Positions 24,193 to 36,253 of a stretch of 64,000 bases of DNA are shown piece after piece. The stretch is from the NCBI RefSeq assembly GCF_035084215.1, contig NC_090341.1, forward strand, positions 50,654,001 to 50,718,000, read 5' to 3'. Under the pieces are notes generated by a model. The model saw only the letters and a list, made by a program, of their open reading frames with translations, was not told the origin of the DNA and made no database searches. The stretch's first letter is position 1. The number at the start of each line of letters is the position of its first letter. The translations under genes were made by a program, and so were the position numbers. The DNA comes from Heptranchias perlo (Eukaryota).

Positions 24193-25535
24193 GGCTACTA
24201 CTGGTGCCAGAGACTCCTGCATGGAAATGCAGCATCCATTGAGATGACCATGCACTCCATGCAACAGAATCCCACATCCTGCGGATGCTCCCTGCAGGCT
24301 GCCCAATGTATTGAGCAATTGGTCGTGTACAAAAATCATCCTTCTTTTAAAGACTGGGCCGCTGAAGTCTTCTGTCCTCTGCCACAAAGCTAGGATGTGA
24401 GCTGACCCCATGGGGAGCTATTTCCTGGGCTGTCCTTTCCACCTCCACCTGCACCTGCTCAGTTGTGGTTTATTCTCATGATGTGGGCGCGTTGGCATTT
24501 CTCGCCCATCCCTACTTCATAGACCGATACAGTTCAGAAGGAGGCCATTCGGCCCATCGTGCCTGTGCCGTCTCTTTGGTAGAGCTATCCAATTAGTCCC
24601 ACTCCCCCTGCTTTTTCCCTGCTGCGTAAAAAAATGTTTCCTCATGTTGCTTTTGGTTCTTTTGCCAATCACCTTAAGAAGGTTGCCCTTGAGAAGGTGG
24701 TGGTGAGCTGCCTTCTTCTTGAACCGTTGCAGTCCGTGTGTTGAACGTACTCCCACGGTGCTGTTAGGTAGGGAGTTCTAAGATTTTGACCCAGTGACGA
24801 TGAAGGAACAGCGACATATGTGCAAGTCGGGATGGTGTGTGACTTGGAGATGATGTTGTTCCCATGCACCTGCTGCCCTTGTCCTTCTAGGTGGCGGAGG
24901 TCGTGGGTTTGGGAGGTGCTGCCAAAGAAGTCTTGGCGAGTAGATAGTACACACTGCAGCCACGGTACGCCGGTGGTGGAGGGGATGGATGTTTAAGCCA
25001 GTGGATGAGGTACCAATGAAGTGGGCGGCTTTATCCTGGATAGTGTTGAGCTTCTTGAGTGTTCGGTGATTGTCCCGGTGCAGGCCCCTTTAGCTCACCA
25101 TCTGTACTACGCTGGATGCCAATTTCTGAGCTGGTGCCTGTAAGGGTGAGAACGAGTGACGGGGTATCGTTGGGTGAGTTCCCCTCCTCACTGTCTGCTG
25201 CAGCTCGTCCCGGGACTTCTGATGGACCTGGGAAGAGGGGAGAGGGGCAAATGTTAGCATGTAGTGGGAAGGGTAAACAGTAGCAGTTGAGTGCAGTGCT
25301 ATGCACCACCAGGTGGTTATGCAGAGTGGCAGAGAGTTCAGTAGAAGGAAGGGAAGGGAAGATGCCTAAATGTCCAACTGTGTGTGTCCTCTACCCTCTC
25401 CAATTCCAATCACCGTGCCCTCCCTCTCCCAATGATGTCAGTGGTGGCCTCCTCCATTAGTGTTGGAACTTGCATTGATACCGGCCCCCCTCCTGATTAT
25501 GCCATCTCCAATTTTTGTTGTGTACCACGATTTTA
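24193..25535 (-). pseudogene. Relic of a PIF/Harbinger-type Myb/SANT-like accessory gene, interrupted by a LINE
   Basis: 25400-25530 (minus) reads KIVVHNK/LEMA*SGGGPVSMQVPTLMEEATTDIIG, resembling the TGGG motif that follows Myb/SANT-like domains. A splice-acceptor-like CTTCCCAG near 25228 precedes an S/T/E-rich segment. Confidence 0.45.
24468..25060 (-). mobile_element. LINE family B 3' fragment with a nested CR1 tail (24517-24676)
   Basis: LKKLNTIQDKAA through HHHLLKGN; CR1 tail sequence is inserted just downstream. Confidence 0.82.
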
Positions 25536-26098
25536 AGGCCACAGTCTCATTTCAATTTGGCAGGCGAGCTGTGGATGCCAGACAGGGGTCCTGATGCAGC
25601 TCGCCGCACTTTGACCTCAGGAATGTCGGCTGGCTGAGGCTCACTAGTAAGTGCTCGGGGCGGGGGGTGGAGGGGAGACAATAGGATCGCAATCTCTGCT
25701 CATGTGCCCCTTAGAATTGCAATCGGGGTCCTAACTACGTCATTAGGACCCCAATTTGCACAGAAAAGTGGCTGACCGCTTGTTTCAGGCAAACGCTTCT
25801 GGTGGTAAGGCTACCAAACCCATTTTCAGACCTTTATAGCCTCCCATTAGTGATCGGCCCCAGTGTATGTGAAGTGCACTGAGAGATGTGATGTGACACC
25901 AATATAAATGCAAATTTTTTCTCTCCACTGGTTTTTAAGAGTGCTAAGTGAGTCCAGGCCAGTCAGAATCCTGCACCTACCGTGCAATACTGTGTTTATT
26001 ATCTGATTAAAATTGGCAATTTCACTCAGAGAGGCCGCAAGGATGGCAAGTGTGAGGAAGGGGAATCACACATTGCATATTAGGAGTTCTTGACTCAA

Positions 26099-27843
26099 GT
26101 GGGTTGAAGTCCCACTCCAGAGATTTGAACACAAAATCTAGACTGACACTTCAGCACAGTACTGAGGGAGTGCTGCACTGTCAGAGGTGCCGTCTTTTGG
26201 ATGAGACGCTAAACCGAGGCCCCGCTGCCCTCTCAGGTGGACAAAAAAGAGCCCATGGCACTATTTCAAAGAAGAGCAGAGGAGTGTCTTGGCTAATATT
26301 TATCCCTCAACCAATATCACTAAAACAGATTATCTGGTCATTATCACATTGCTGTTTGTGTTGTGCGCAAATTGGCTGCCGCGTTTCCTACATTACAACA
26401 GGAAATTATAGACCTGTTAGTCTACCATCTGTTGTGGGAAGTTATTGGAATCTATAATTAAGGACAAAGTGACTGAGCACTTAGAGAATTTGAGCTGATT
26501 AGAGAGAGCCGACATGGATTTGTAAAGCATAGGTCATGTCTGATGAACCTAATTGCATTTTTTGAGGAAGTAACTAAAGTAGTAGACAGAGGAATGTTTA
26601 TGGATGTAGTTTATATGGACTTCCAGAAGGCATTTGATAAGGTTCCACATAAGAGACTGTTAGCTAAAATTATAGCTCGTGGAATTGAAGGCAAATTACT
26701 GACCTGGTTAGGAGATTGGTTAGGCGGTAGAAGACAGAGAGTAGGGATAATGAGTATGTACACCAATTGGAAGCAAGTGCTGGGGCCTCAACTATTCACT
26801 ATATTTATTAGATAACATAATAGAGAACCATATATCCAAGTTTGCTGATGACACAAAGATTGGTGACATAGTAAGTAGTGTAGATTGAAGCATAAAATTA
26901 CAGAGACATTGAGAGATAAAGTGAGTGGGCAAAACTGTGGCAGATCGGTTTCAACGCAGGTAAGTGTGAGGTCATCCATTTTGGACCAAAAAAGGATAGA
27001 TCCGAGTATTTTTTAAATGATGTAAAGTTAAGAACAGTGGAGGTCCAAAGAGATTTAGGGGTCCATGTACACAGATCACTAAAATATAGTGGCCAGGTAC
27101 AAAAAATAATCAAAAAGGCTAATGGAATGTTAGCCTTTATATCTAGAGGGCTAGAATATAAATGGGAGGAAGTTTTGCTACAGCTATACAAAGCCCTAGT
27201 TAGACCACATCTGGAGGACTGTGTACAGTTCTGGGCACCGCACCTTAGAAAGGAGATATTGGCCTTGGAAGGATTGCAGTGCAGATTCACCAGAATGTTA
27301 CCAGGGCTCCAAGGGTTAAATTATGAGGAGAGATTCCTTAAACTAGGCTTGTATTCCTTGGAATATAGAAGATTTGATTGAGGTTTTTAGGATTTTGAAA
27401 GGAATTGATAGGGTAGATAGAGAGAAACTTTTTCCACTGGTGGGTGAGTCTAGGACAAGGGGACATAACATTAAAATCAGAGCCAGGCCATTCAGGAGAG
27501 AAGTTAGGAATTATTTCTTCACACGAAGGGTGGTAGAAGTGTGGAACTCTCTCCCATGAAAAGCAGTAGAATCTAGCTCAATTAATAACTTTAAATCTGA
27601 GATCGATAGATTTTTGCAAGCCAAGGGTATTAAAGAATATGGAACCACGGCAGGTAAATGGAGTTAGGATACAGATCAGCTATGATCTCATTGAATGGCG
27701 GAACAGGCTCGAGGGGCTGAATGGCCTACTCCTGTTCCTATGTTCCTAGCAGTGACCAACCTTCAAAAGTATTTCATTGGCTGTAAAGCACTTTGGGACA
27801 AGCTGCCATCGAAAGGTGCTATATAAATGCATCATTTCTTTCT
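26099..27843 (+). mobile_element. Deu-domain SINE split by CR1 (26099-26401 and 27750-27843)
   Basis: The SINE stops at TACATTACAACAG and resumes CAGTGACC...CTTCAAAAGTATTTCATTGG. Confidence 0.82.
26401..27748 (+). mobile_element. CR1 LINE, 5'-truncated RT plus 3' tail, inactive
   Basis: GNYRPVSL, YMDFQKAFDKVPH, SKFADDTK and LVRPHLE, with the (CTATGTTC)n tail. Confidence 0.92.
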
Positions 27844-28804
27844 AGTTGTTAAGGAGTTAAAGTGTTCTTCATCTGATCTCTGCGACTCTTGACCTGTGAG
27901 GCCTTGTGACCAACACACCAACCTTAAAATGGAAGTGTTTCATTGTCCCGCACTGATACGCTTCAGCGCAGTTGATGTAAAAATTAATCTCCCACCCCAG
28001 CCTTACGTTTAAAGCATTTCTTAAAAAAGTAGCCATTTCATTGCAACGTGCATCAGACTAACTGAAATCACTTTAATGTACAGGCGCTGTTTCGATAATG
28101 TTGCAGCAATCGTTTCCTTAAGCCCAGGAGCCAGCTTTTCTCTAATAATCTCGGGACCAATGACAAATGCTTTGATGGCGACATGGGCTTCGTGTTGAAA
28201 TCACAGCACCGGGTGTTCTATCCGAAAGCAAAGTGCGTCCTGCCCCAATCCACTGGGATACGTGTGTGTGATCCTCCAGGTATAACACTGAAGGCAGCGT
28301 CTAATTCTGCCACATCGATTGATGTCTCCTGCTCAGAATTCGGTGTGTAGCGAGACCGGTCCTGCCAATTATTTTGCCTATGTCAGCAAATTGGGAGATC
28401 AATAGCTCCTCGACTGCCCCACTGTGTGTTCCAGTCCTAACCAGCACAAGCCTGACAGCCCCGACGCTGTCCGTCATTTGTCAACAGCCTGTGCGATCAT
28501 TTATTATAACAGTGCCAGGCTCGGTGGCTGCATTCCACTCATTCTGGTCCCAGCTGGACATCAATGTATTCTGTGTCCATGCTCTGAATCCAGTCCAGAA
28601 CCGTAATGAGTTTTATTACTGCCTTTCAACGTCCATTGCTCTGTGAAATAGGAATTCAATTCTGTATGTAAATGATAATGGGAATTGTGGCCTGACAACC
28701 TGCTTAGAATTTCTAGATTCCCTCTTTCTTTGACCCCTATGTCCGCTGGTTTCTTCCTCCCTTTGGCCCACATCCCTTTTCTTTGATTGTTTTATTACCA
28801 CTGT

Positions 28805-28932
28805 TTCCCCTTGTCTCTCTCTCCCTCTCCTTTCTCTTCATCTCTCCTTTCTTCCGCTCTCTATCTCCCTCTCTTCCTCTCCCTCTTTATCTCTCTCCCT
28901 CCCCTTCTTTCCCTCTCCCTCTTCCTTTCCTG
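28805..28932. repeat. Polypyrimidine (CT-rich) tract
   Basis: Almost entirely C/T. Confidence 0.85.
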
Positions 28933-29680
28933 AGTACATTTGTCTCCCATCTCCTTCCAAAGTCTGCTCAAAGTTTTTCAGCCATACGGTCTATCCTCTC
29001 TGTATTTGTCCGAGCTGTTTCGCTCCCCCATTCCTGGTGGGTGTGGGTGTGTCCTTGATCGACCGGCCCTCATATCCTTGCTTCTTGTGGTCCTGAAGAT
29101 CGATCAGCCTTCCTCTTACTCTCGCCATTCAGTGGACCTAGTCAATAGTCGGTGTGGCCTAGACTGCACTGTGACCTCTGGTAGTGTGACCAACTTGTCT
29201 CTTATTTCATTTGATATGTAGTTCTCATTGTTTGTGCCGTACTCACTGGGAACGATGTGCTTTGTATTGGTAAAAATTTATAACTGACCGAGGAGGAATG
29301 GAGCTGCTGGTGTTCAGTCTGTATGTTCAGACTGAAATTAAAGATCCCACAAAAAACAAAATTTCTTCCCTCTCTCCCTTAGCCATAAGCTTCTCCCCAG
29401 TTATCTCTCCCCCCTCCCCTACTGAAGGCACGGATTGTTGCCAGAATACAGGAGCAAGGCCTCAGGCCCAGCTCCATGTGCGAGCCAAAACAGTGAGGTC
29501 CTAAGATTCCTGGGCTGGGACGGGGTTTTAAAGTCCCATTTCCTTCCCTTGGAGTGGTACTCGGAATATGGGCCAGAACCCGGCACCACCAGATTTCATC
29601 CCGTTTACTCCGGATCTTTAGATTCTGGTTTGCCTTTCCACGTCAAGGTGGAGGGCAGGGGGCCATGATGGGGGATGGGA

Positions 29681-29952
29681 GATAATGACCAGATAATCTA
29701 TTTTTTAGTGATATTGGTTGAGGGATGAATATTAGCCAGAACACTGAGAAGAACACCCTTGCTCTTCTTCGAAATAACGCCACGGAATCTTTTTCATCCA
29801 CCAGACAGGGCCTCAGATTAACATCTCATCTGAAAGACGGCACCTCTGACAATGCAGTACTCCCTCAGTACTGTACTGGAGTGTCAGCCTCGATTTTATG
29901 CTCAAGTCTTAGGAGTGGGGCTTGAACCCACATGTTCTGATTCAGAGGCTGA
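29681..29952 (-). mobile_element. Deu-domain SINE fragment
   Basis: Reverse-complement match to the SINE core and head. Confidence 0.8.
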
Positions 29953-29954
29953 GG

Positions 29955-30269
29955 ATCCTCCTGCAAACAATCCGGGAGAAATATCATAGGGAAATTTTTT
30001 TTAAATTGTGTGTTTTTTCATTATCTTTGATATCATTTATTAATTATAAACATAATGGAAATGGGGAAAAAGGCTGTTTGATTGACAGTCAAGAGTCAAT
30101 CAGATAACAAAGGGTCTGTTCACTTACCAATTGGCGCGGGAAGGCAGTGCGCTGCGAGGATGGACATGTTGGGCAACCAATGGTGGGAGCACGGGGGCGG
30201 GGTGGTTGGAGGCAGGAGGTCATGTGATGAAACCTCCTGGAATACGTCCAACCAGAGTTGGCAACCCTC
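29955..30269 (-). mobile_element. hAT-type MITE, truncated copy
   Basis: Ends GTTGGCAACCCT; body matches 36254-36565 and 57578-57837 in reverse. Confidence 0.75.
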
Positions 30270-31526
30270 GATGACAGTGGCCTAAACAGCGCAAATTTCA
30301 CAACTGAACCCTTACAGTAGCACGTTGGAGATGCCTGTTCAGTTCCCACTTCCACAGAACCTTCCCTCAGAGGAGTCCATTAGGGTACATTAGTGGAGGG
30401 AGCAGGCTTGATGGCGCAAAGTACCTATTCTGACTGCATGGTCCCTTATGGTCTTAAGGGAGCAGTGAACGGTTGCTATGCAGCGTTAACGTTTAATAAA
30501 TCACAAAAAGGCGACAGTTTAACGGCTGATTGTTGAGGGAAAAGACCAAATAAAACAAACATTTTAAGTTTCCTGTTTATTCAAAAAGGGAAAGCATATG
30601 CGTGGAGAGAAGCCAGCAACAGCATTGAGGGACTGAGTGATAAGCTACTTAGAATGGCAGTGTGCATTTCAGCTAAGGTAGCCACTCAACACTCAATACT
30701 GCTACCTGATCTGATTGATGAAGAACCTGATAGAGATTGGGAATGAGAATTGGGTGAACAATGGGTGAATTCAACCCTTGACTTCAGCCTTCAGCGATGT
30801 GGTGTGGCGTCAGGCTGGCTTGTCACCAGATTGGACGAGGCCATTATTACCATAATTATAATTTGCTCCTGCCAACTTACCTTCCCCTTTGACCTTTTTT
30901 GTCCAATGGTCTACCACATGCATTTCACCACATTAGCCCGCCCCATTATTCAACCTCCTATTTAATCAAAAAACCTCAGTGAAGGGCCAGGGACAATGAT
31001 GCAGGAAACCAAAGCCAAAAAGAATAGGAGAGATGAGGCAAATCAGGAAGGAATGATTAGGTGACACCATAGCTTGGGGTATTCAACGCTTGTAGATTGC
31101 ATCAAGAAGGGTAGACTGAAGGAGCTAAGGAGTTCTTAGGTGTGTTAATTGGCGGCCTATTGAGATGTAGTGGCAATAGACCTCCATGTCTGTGATTTCT
31201 GAAGACACCACACCTGCTGCAGCCACATCCGATGCTGGTCTAGCTACCTGCTTTCTGGCACGTCTCCTGTCACCTATACAGGGATGCCCTGAATGTGGCG
31301 TCATCATGAGAAACAGTCACCTGATGCTTGACTATGTTAGAGAGGATAGGTGTCTCCTTACATATAATGAACTCCTCAAATCAATAGGCTCCGCAGACAT
31401 TGAATGTCAGATGTCGCAAGTTTATTAAGTATACAGTAATTAAACATACACTTAAAAGCAGTACTTCAGACAAAACTGTGGGTTTAGTCAAGGACTCAAC
31501 GCGTGACCGTTTCAAGCTTGGTACAC

Positions 31527-31726
31527 ATGACACCTTTCATCACTTTGCTGATGATTGAGAGTAGACTGATGGGGCGGTAATTGGCCGGATTGGATTTGTC
31601 CTGCTTTTTGTGGACAGGACATACCTGGGCAATTTTCCACATTGTCAGGTAGATGCCAGTGTTGTAGCTGTACTGGAACAGCTTGGCTAGAGGCGCGGCT
31701 AGTTCTGGAGCACAAGTCCTCAGCAC
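31527..31726 (-). mobile_element. LINE family B internal RT fragment
   Basis: RTCAPELAAPLAKLFQ...NYRPISLLSIISKVMKGV. Confidence 0.88.
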
Positions 31727-31956
31727 TTCTGCCTGTTTGTCTCTCGCTCTCTATTTCCCTCTGCTTCTATCTCTCTCTGTCTGTCTCTCTCACACGTGCT
31801 CTATTTTTCACTCATTGTGCTGAGTTCACTGATCTCAGGTGAGTGGTGTTAGAGATACCTCAATTGGCGTTAACCTGCCTGGGCCAGGGAGGGAAAGTGC
31901 CAGGCTCATGGTCCTAACCAACATAATGTCTTTAAAATAATTAAAGTTACGGATAA

Positions 31957-32200
31957 GGCACTTACTTACCAATAACCTGCTCACCGATGCTCAGTTTGGG
32001 TTCCGCCAGGACCACTCGGCTCCAGATCTCATTACAGCCTTGGTCCAAACGTGGACAAAAGAGCTAAATTCCAAGAGGTGAGGTGAGAGTGACTGCCCTT
32101 GACGTCAAGGCAGCATTTGACCGAGTGTGGCACCAAGGAGCCCTAGTAAAATTGAAGTCAGTGGGAATCAGGGGGAAAACTCTCCAGTGGCTGGAGTCAT
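31957..32200 (+). mobile_element. LINE family B internal RT fragment, continuation of 31527-31726
   Basis: HLLTNNLLTDAQFGFRQDH...AFDRVWHQG; matches 15914-16155. Confidence 0.88.
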
Positions 32201-32357
32201 ATGAGAATTGGACTAAATGACACAAGCACAACATTCACAAGTCTCTTTTCCCCCAAAGGGATACTGGGCATATGGAACAAACTCTCTGAGAAGGGGGCTA
32301 ATTGGGACTCAGTTGACACTTTGAAGGAGCTGATGAGTATTTGTTGACTAATACCGA

Positions 32358-32880
32358 GGGATTGATTTTAACTCTGGGCGGGTTTCGGGTGGGTGGGGGG
32401 CAGGGCGAGTGCGAAATGCACTCACTGGTTGAAAATTTGAGACCCGGGCTGTTTTAACTTTTGGGCTTTTAAGTAATTAAAGCCACGGATAAGGCACTTA
32501 CTCACCAGAACAGGTGGGAAATGGGTGGGAAACAGCTTCCGACTTCCAGAAAATTGGGTGGCCCACACTCCAGAATGAAGGTAGGAGCGGGGAAGGGGGT
32601 TACACGAGGGTCTCATGGTGGGGGGTGGGGGGAAGCCCAGAGCAGGAGAGGCCGCAGATTTCCTTGTGGGCCCTGGAGGATGCACTCCTGCTCCTCTTGG
32701 TCCCACAAAGGAATGTAGAAAAACTTACCTGTTTGGGCCTCTTCATCTTCTTGGCAGGTCCCGACACTTTCTCAGCCTGGCGGGAAAGCCTTAGCGACTT
32801 CCCTGCTCAGGCTTGGGTCAAAATTGCAGTCAGGGCCCAATGATGTCATCGGGCCCTGATCTGCATATTTAAAGACGGAC
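32358..32880. mobile_element. GC-rich MITE-like element
   Basis: Starts GGGATTGATTTTAACT and shares the GGAGCAGGAGTGC-type block with 47127-47500 and 51160-51230. Confidence 0.5.
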
Positions 32881-33270
32881 GCTTAAAAAAGATATATAAA
32901 GAGGCGTCAGGCCTATGTCTCAGGACCAGACTGGGTAGTGCATTCACTAACCGAGCCACTGGGCCCTGCTGACACATACTCTACCAGACTAATTGCTGTA
33001 GCTGATTGTTCGATAATTGTTGGACCATAACACTTTGTCTATAAGAGTACGGCAAGTCTTGTGGCTATAATGAGACCCACGGGGCTGCTCTAGTGCTGAT
33101 TGTGTCAGCCCTGCTTCCAGTGGCAGCACATAATTACCAGACAAACGCCTTCAACTCAGAGATCGGTGAGCAGTTTGCACACATCACTGCCTCCCAAATT
33201 GACATTTTTCACCCAGATCCTAATCCTTCCTCATATGTTTCCTATTGGTTAAAGTCATTGTCAATAAATA

Positions 33271-33660
33271 AGGAAAGAACTTGTGTTTATATAGCGCCTT
33301 TCACGACCTCAGGATGTTCCAAAGCACTTTACAGCCAATTAGGTACTTTTGAAGTGTAGGGAAACGCCGCAGCCAATTTGTGCACAGCAAGGTCCTACAA
33401 ACAGCAATGTGATAATGACCAGATCATCTACTCTAGCGATGTTGGTTGTGTGATAAATATTGGCCAGGATAATTACTCATAGGAATGTAGGAACAGGTGT
33501 CGGCGATTCAGCCCCTCAAACCTGTTCCGCCATTCAATTAGATCATGGCTGTTCTGGACCTCAACCCCATTTACCCATCTTTGCTCCATATCCCTTGATA
33601 CCCTTACCCAACAAAAATCTATCAATCTCAGTCTTGAAAGCTCCAACTGACCCAGCTTCC
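33271..33660 (-). mobile_element. SINE 3' half (33271-33470) abutting a CR1 3' tail (33477-33660)
   Basis: Reverse-complement matches to both families. Confidence 0.78.
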
Positions 33661-34060
33661 CCTTTATGAAAAAGTGAATGTACACGGTAGCTAACACACC
33701 CCCATCTACAGAGAGAATATCGCTCCCTCTTGTTGCCTTCTGGCCAATTACAAAATGCCTGCCTTACATCTCTTGAACCCAAAATGGCTGCTATGGGTTG
33801 TGTGTGCCATTCTGATGGTATGATAGGCTGATGAAAGATTTGGGGCATGTTACAGATTCTGTCATTGCTCGCATACTTTGCATGGTTTCTTTTCAAGGAA
33901 AACACGAGGAGGGAAGGACAGGGAAAATGGACAATTGTACAGGAAACATCCAACCCTGATCTGGATGTGAATTAAATGCTTTATGTTCAAAGTGTGGTGA
34001 TGATCATCAGCCTCACCTTTAAAGGGCAAATGCCACTCCTCATCAAAATACTTCAACACA

Positions 34061-34520
34061 GTGTCAGCCATGGCTCAGTGGTGGCACTCTCGTCTCTGAC
34101 TCAGAAGGTTATGGATTCGAGTTCCACTCCCGAAAGTTGAGTACCTATTCTAGGTTAACACCTCAGTGCAGTACTGAGGGAGTGCTACTCTGACAGAGGT
34201 GCCATCTTTCCAGAGACGTCAAACTGAGGCCCTGTCTTCCCTCTCAGGTTGATGTAAAAAACCCCATGGCACTATTTTGAAGAAGAGCAAGCGAGTTCTC
34301 CCTGGTGTCCTGGCCAATATATTTATCCCTCAACCAACACCTAGAGAATCTGGTTATTTATCTCCTTGCTGTTTGTGGGACCTTGCTGTGCTCAAATTGG
34401 TTGCCACGTTTCCTATATTACAACAATGACTACACTTCAAAAGTACTCCATTGGCCCTAAAGTATTTTGGGGCGTCCTGAGGTCATGAAAGGCACTAAAT
34501 AAATGCAAGTTCTTTCTTTT
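34061..34520 (+). mobile_element. Deu-domain SINE, full length
   Basis: A box TGGCTCAGTGG, B-box-like GATTCGAGTTC, core and tail present. Confidence 0.88.
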
Positions 34521-34808
34521 TTTCTTTTTCTGTTGGCTTTTTCTGTCTCTCAGTGCCAGTATCAGCTCCAGGAGCAGAAAGGATGGTGATCCCAGGGATA
34601 ATGATCCCAGCTCTTCTTAATACTAGCAGCCCAGATAGGGACCTGAAACCCGCGTGGCTCTGTTCTGCTAATGGGACCGAATGGGGCAGGCCTGGTGGTT
34701 GATGGTTTTGGCCCTGAGGCCATGCAAAGGGCTGCTCTCAAGGAGGAGATGCATTTAATGTCCTTTCTCAGCAGGATTATGTTTGGCTTTGCTCACACTT
34801 ACTGAAAT

Positions 34809-35039
34809 GATGTGGAGATGCCGGTGATGGACTGGGGCTGACAATTGTAAACAATTTTACAACACCAAGTTATAGTCCAACAATTTTATTTGAAATTCAC
34901 AAGCTTGCGGAGGCTTCCTCCTTCCTCAGGTGAATGTTGTGGAAAAAAACATTCACCTGAGGAAGGAGGAAGCCTCCGAAAGCTTGTGAATTTCAAATAA
35001 AATTGTTGGACTATAACTTGGTGTTGTAAAATTGTTTAC
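34809..35039. mobile_element. Palindromic Penelope-like terminal-repeat insertion
   Basis: 92-bp inverted arms at 34847-34938 and 34948-35039 with one mismatch; direct repeat TTACTGAAATGATG at 34799-34812 and 35036-35049. Confidence 0.8.
34951..34991 (+). ncRNA. Putative minimal type I hammerhead ribozyme
   Basis: Stem I AUUCAC/GUGAAU, core CUGAGGA (CUGANGA), stem II GGAGG-AAG-CCUCC, GAAA, self-complementary AAGCUU in place of stem III; predicted cleavage after 34985. Confidence 0.65.
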
Positions 35040-35387
35040 TGAAATGATGCAGTGAAAGATCCTTTTCATCTTCCATCTTTGTTAATAAACACCTTGCTCA
35101 TATCTTGCTGTTTCCAGTTGCAGCATGTAGGACGGTACATTTACATCCACATTAAAATCTATTAGCAATTCCTTTGCCCATCTGTTGAAGATGTGATTAA
35201 ATGCTGTTAATCTCTCTTTTGTCTGGTCACAGAGCTTGGTGTCATTAGAACAGGCCACGTTAGTATTGTCGTGCATCAGTTCCCTCTGGGCACGAGCTTA
35301 AGTGCACTTGTTAACACATCCCTGTCTGCACTGCTCCAATCTGCTTCTTAAACCATTGAAAAGAAACAAGTTAACAACTATATATGA

Positions 35388-35785
35388 GTGGGAATAGACT
35401 GGATGTTAGGCTGTTCTTCTTCTCCCAGAGGGTAGTGAGCCTCTGGAATACATTGTCGGCTGGTGTGGTGGGTGCTGACTCTGCCTTCTAGAGGGAGCTG
35501 GACCAGTTCCTGACTGTGATCGCATCATATGGAAGGTAAATGTCTTTACAGATAACATTTGGTCCATGTGATCTCCTGGACTGGTTTCAATCGCCTGAGA
35601 GGAATTTTCCGAGGTATTTTTTTTCCTTTATTGGCCCTGGGTTTTTTCCCTTTTTCTTGCCTCTCCCAGGAGATTCCAACTCCTGGGGGAAGAAGTGTTT
35701 AGCCACGATGCTCCGGCCATCATGGGGTGGGGCAGGCTTGATGGACCAGCTGGTCTTTTCCTGCCCGTCAATTTTGTATGTTCGT
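35388..35785 (+). mobile_element. CR1-type 3' end, distinct tail subfamily (also at 43210-43430)
   Basis: FFSQRVVSLWN motif; the tail GCAGGCTTGATGGACCAGCTGGTCTTTTCCTGCCCGTCA is shared with 43378-43420. Confidence 0.75.
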
Positions 35786-36253
35786 AACTGTGTTAACCAG
35801 TGAGTAAAAATAGCACACACGGGGAATTAAACCCTTTGGGTTGATTGGGCTTTGGTTATCTCTCAGCAATGAAGTATTACATCAGATATAGAATGGCTGA
35901 AACCAATTCCAGGTTGCTCTGCCTTCTGTACACAATCTATGAAGCAGGCGTAGACCTGCGTTAACAGTGAACATACAGCCCAGTCTGCGCACTGTAGCAG
36001 CCAGAAAAAGTTGGGCCAGGTCACCAGCAGCTGACCACCAAGGAGAGGCCTGGTACGATGTAAGCCACAGAGACCTAATGGAGTTGTGTTGCATCAATTT
36101 GGTTTTCCTAATCATCGGAAGTATACTCTTGTTCTTGCGAGCAACTGAACTGACTTTGGGTCCAAGGAATATCAGTTATTTGAAAATCTTGTACCCTTTG
36201 GAAGCTTTCAGGATTGAAGGGGATTAACAAGGCTGATCCAGGCAGGTTCATTC

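Noticed and set aside
30473-30486. RFX X-box-like GTTGCTATGCAGC
   Set aside because: A single imperfect motif with no supporting promoter features.
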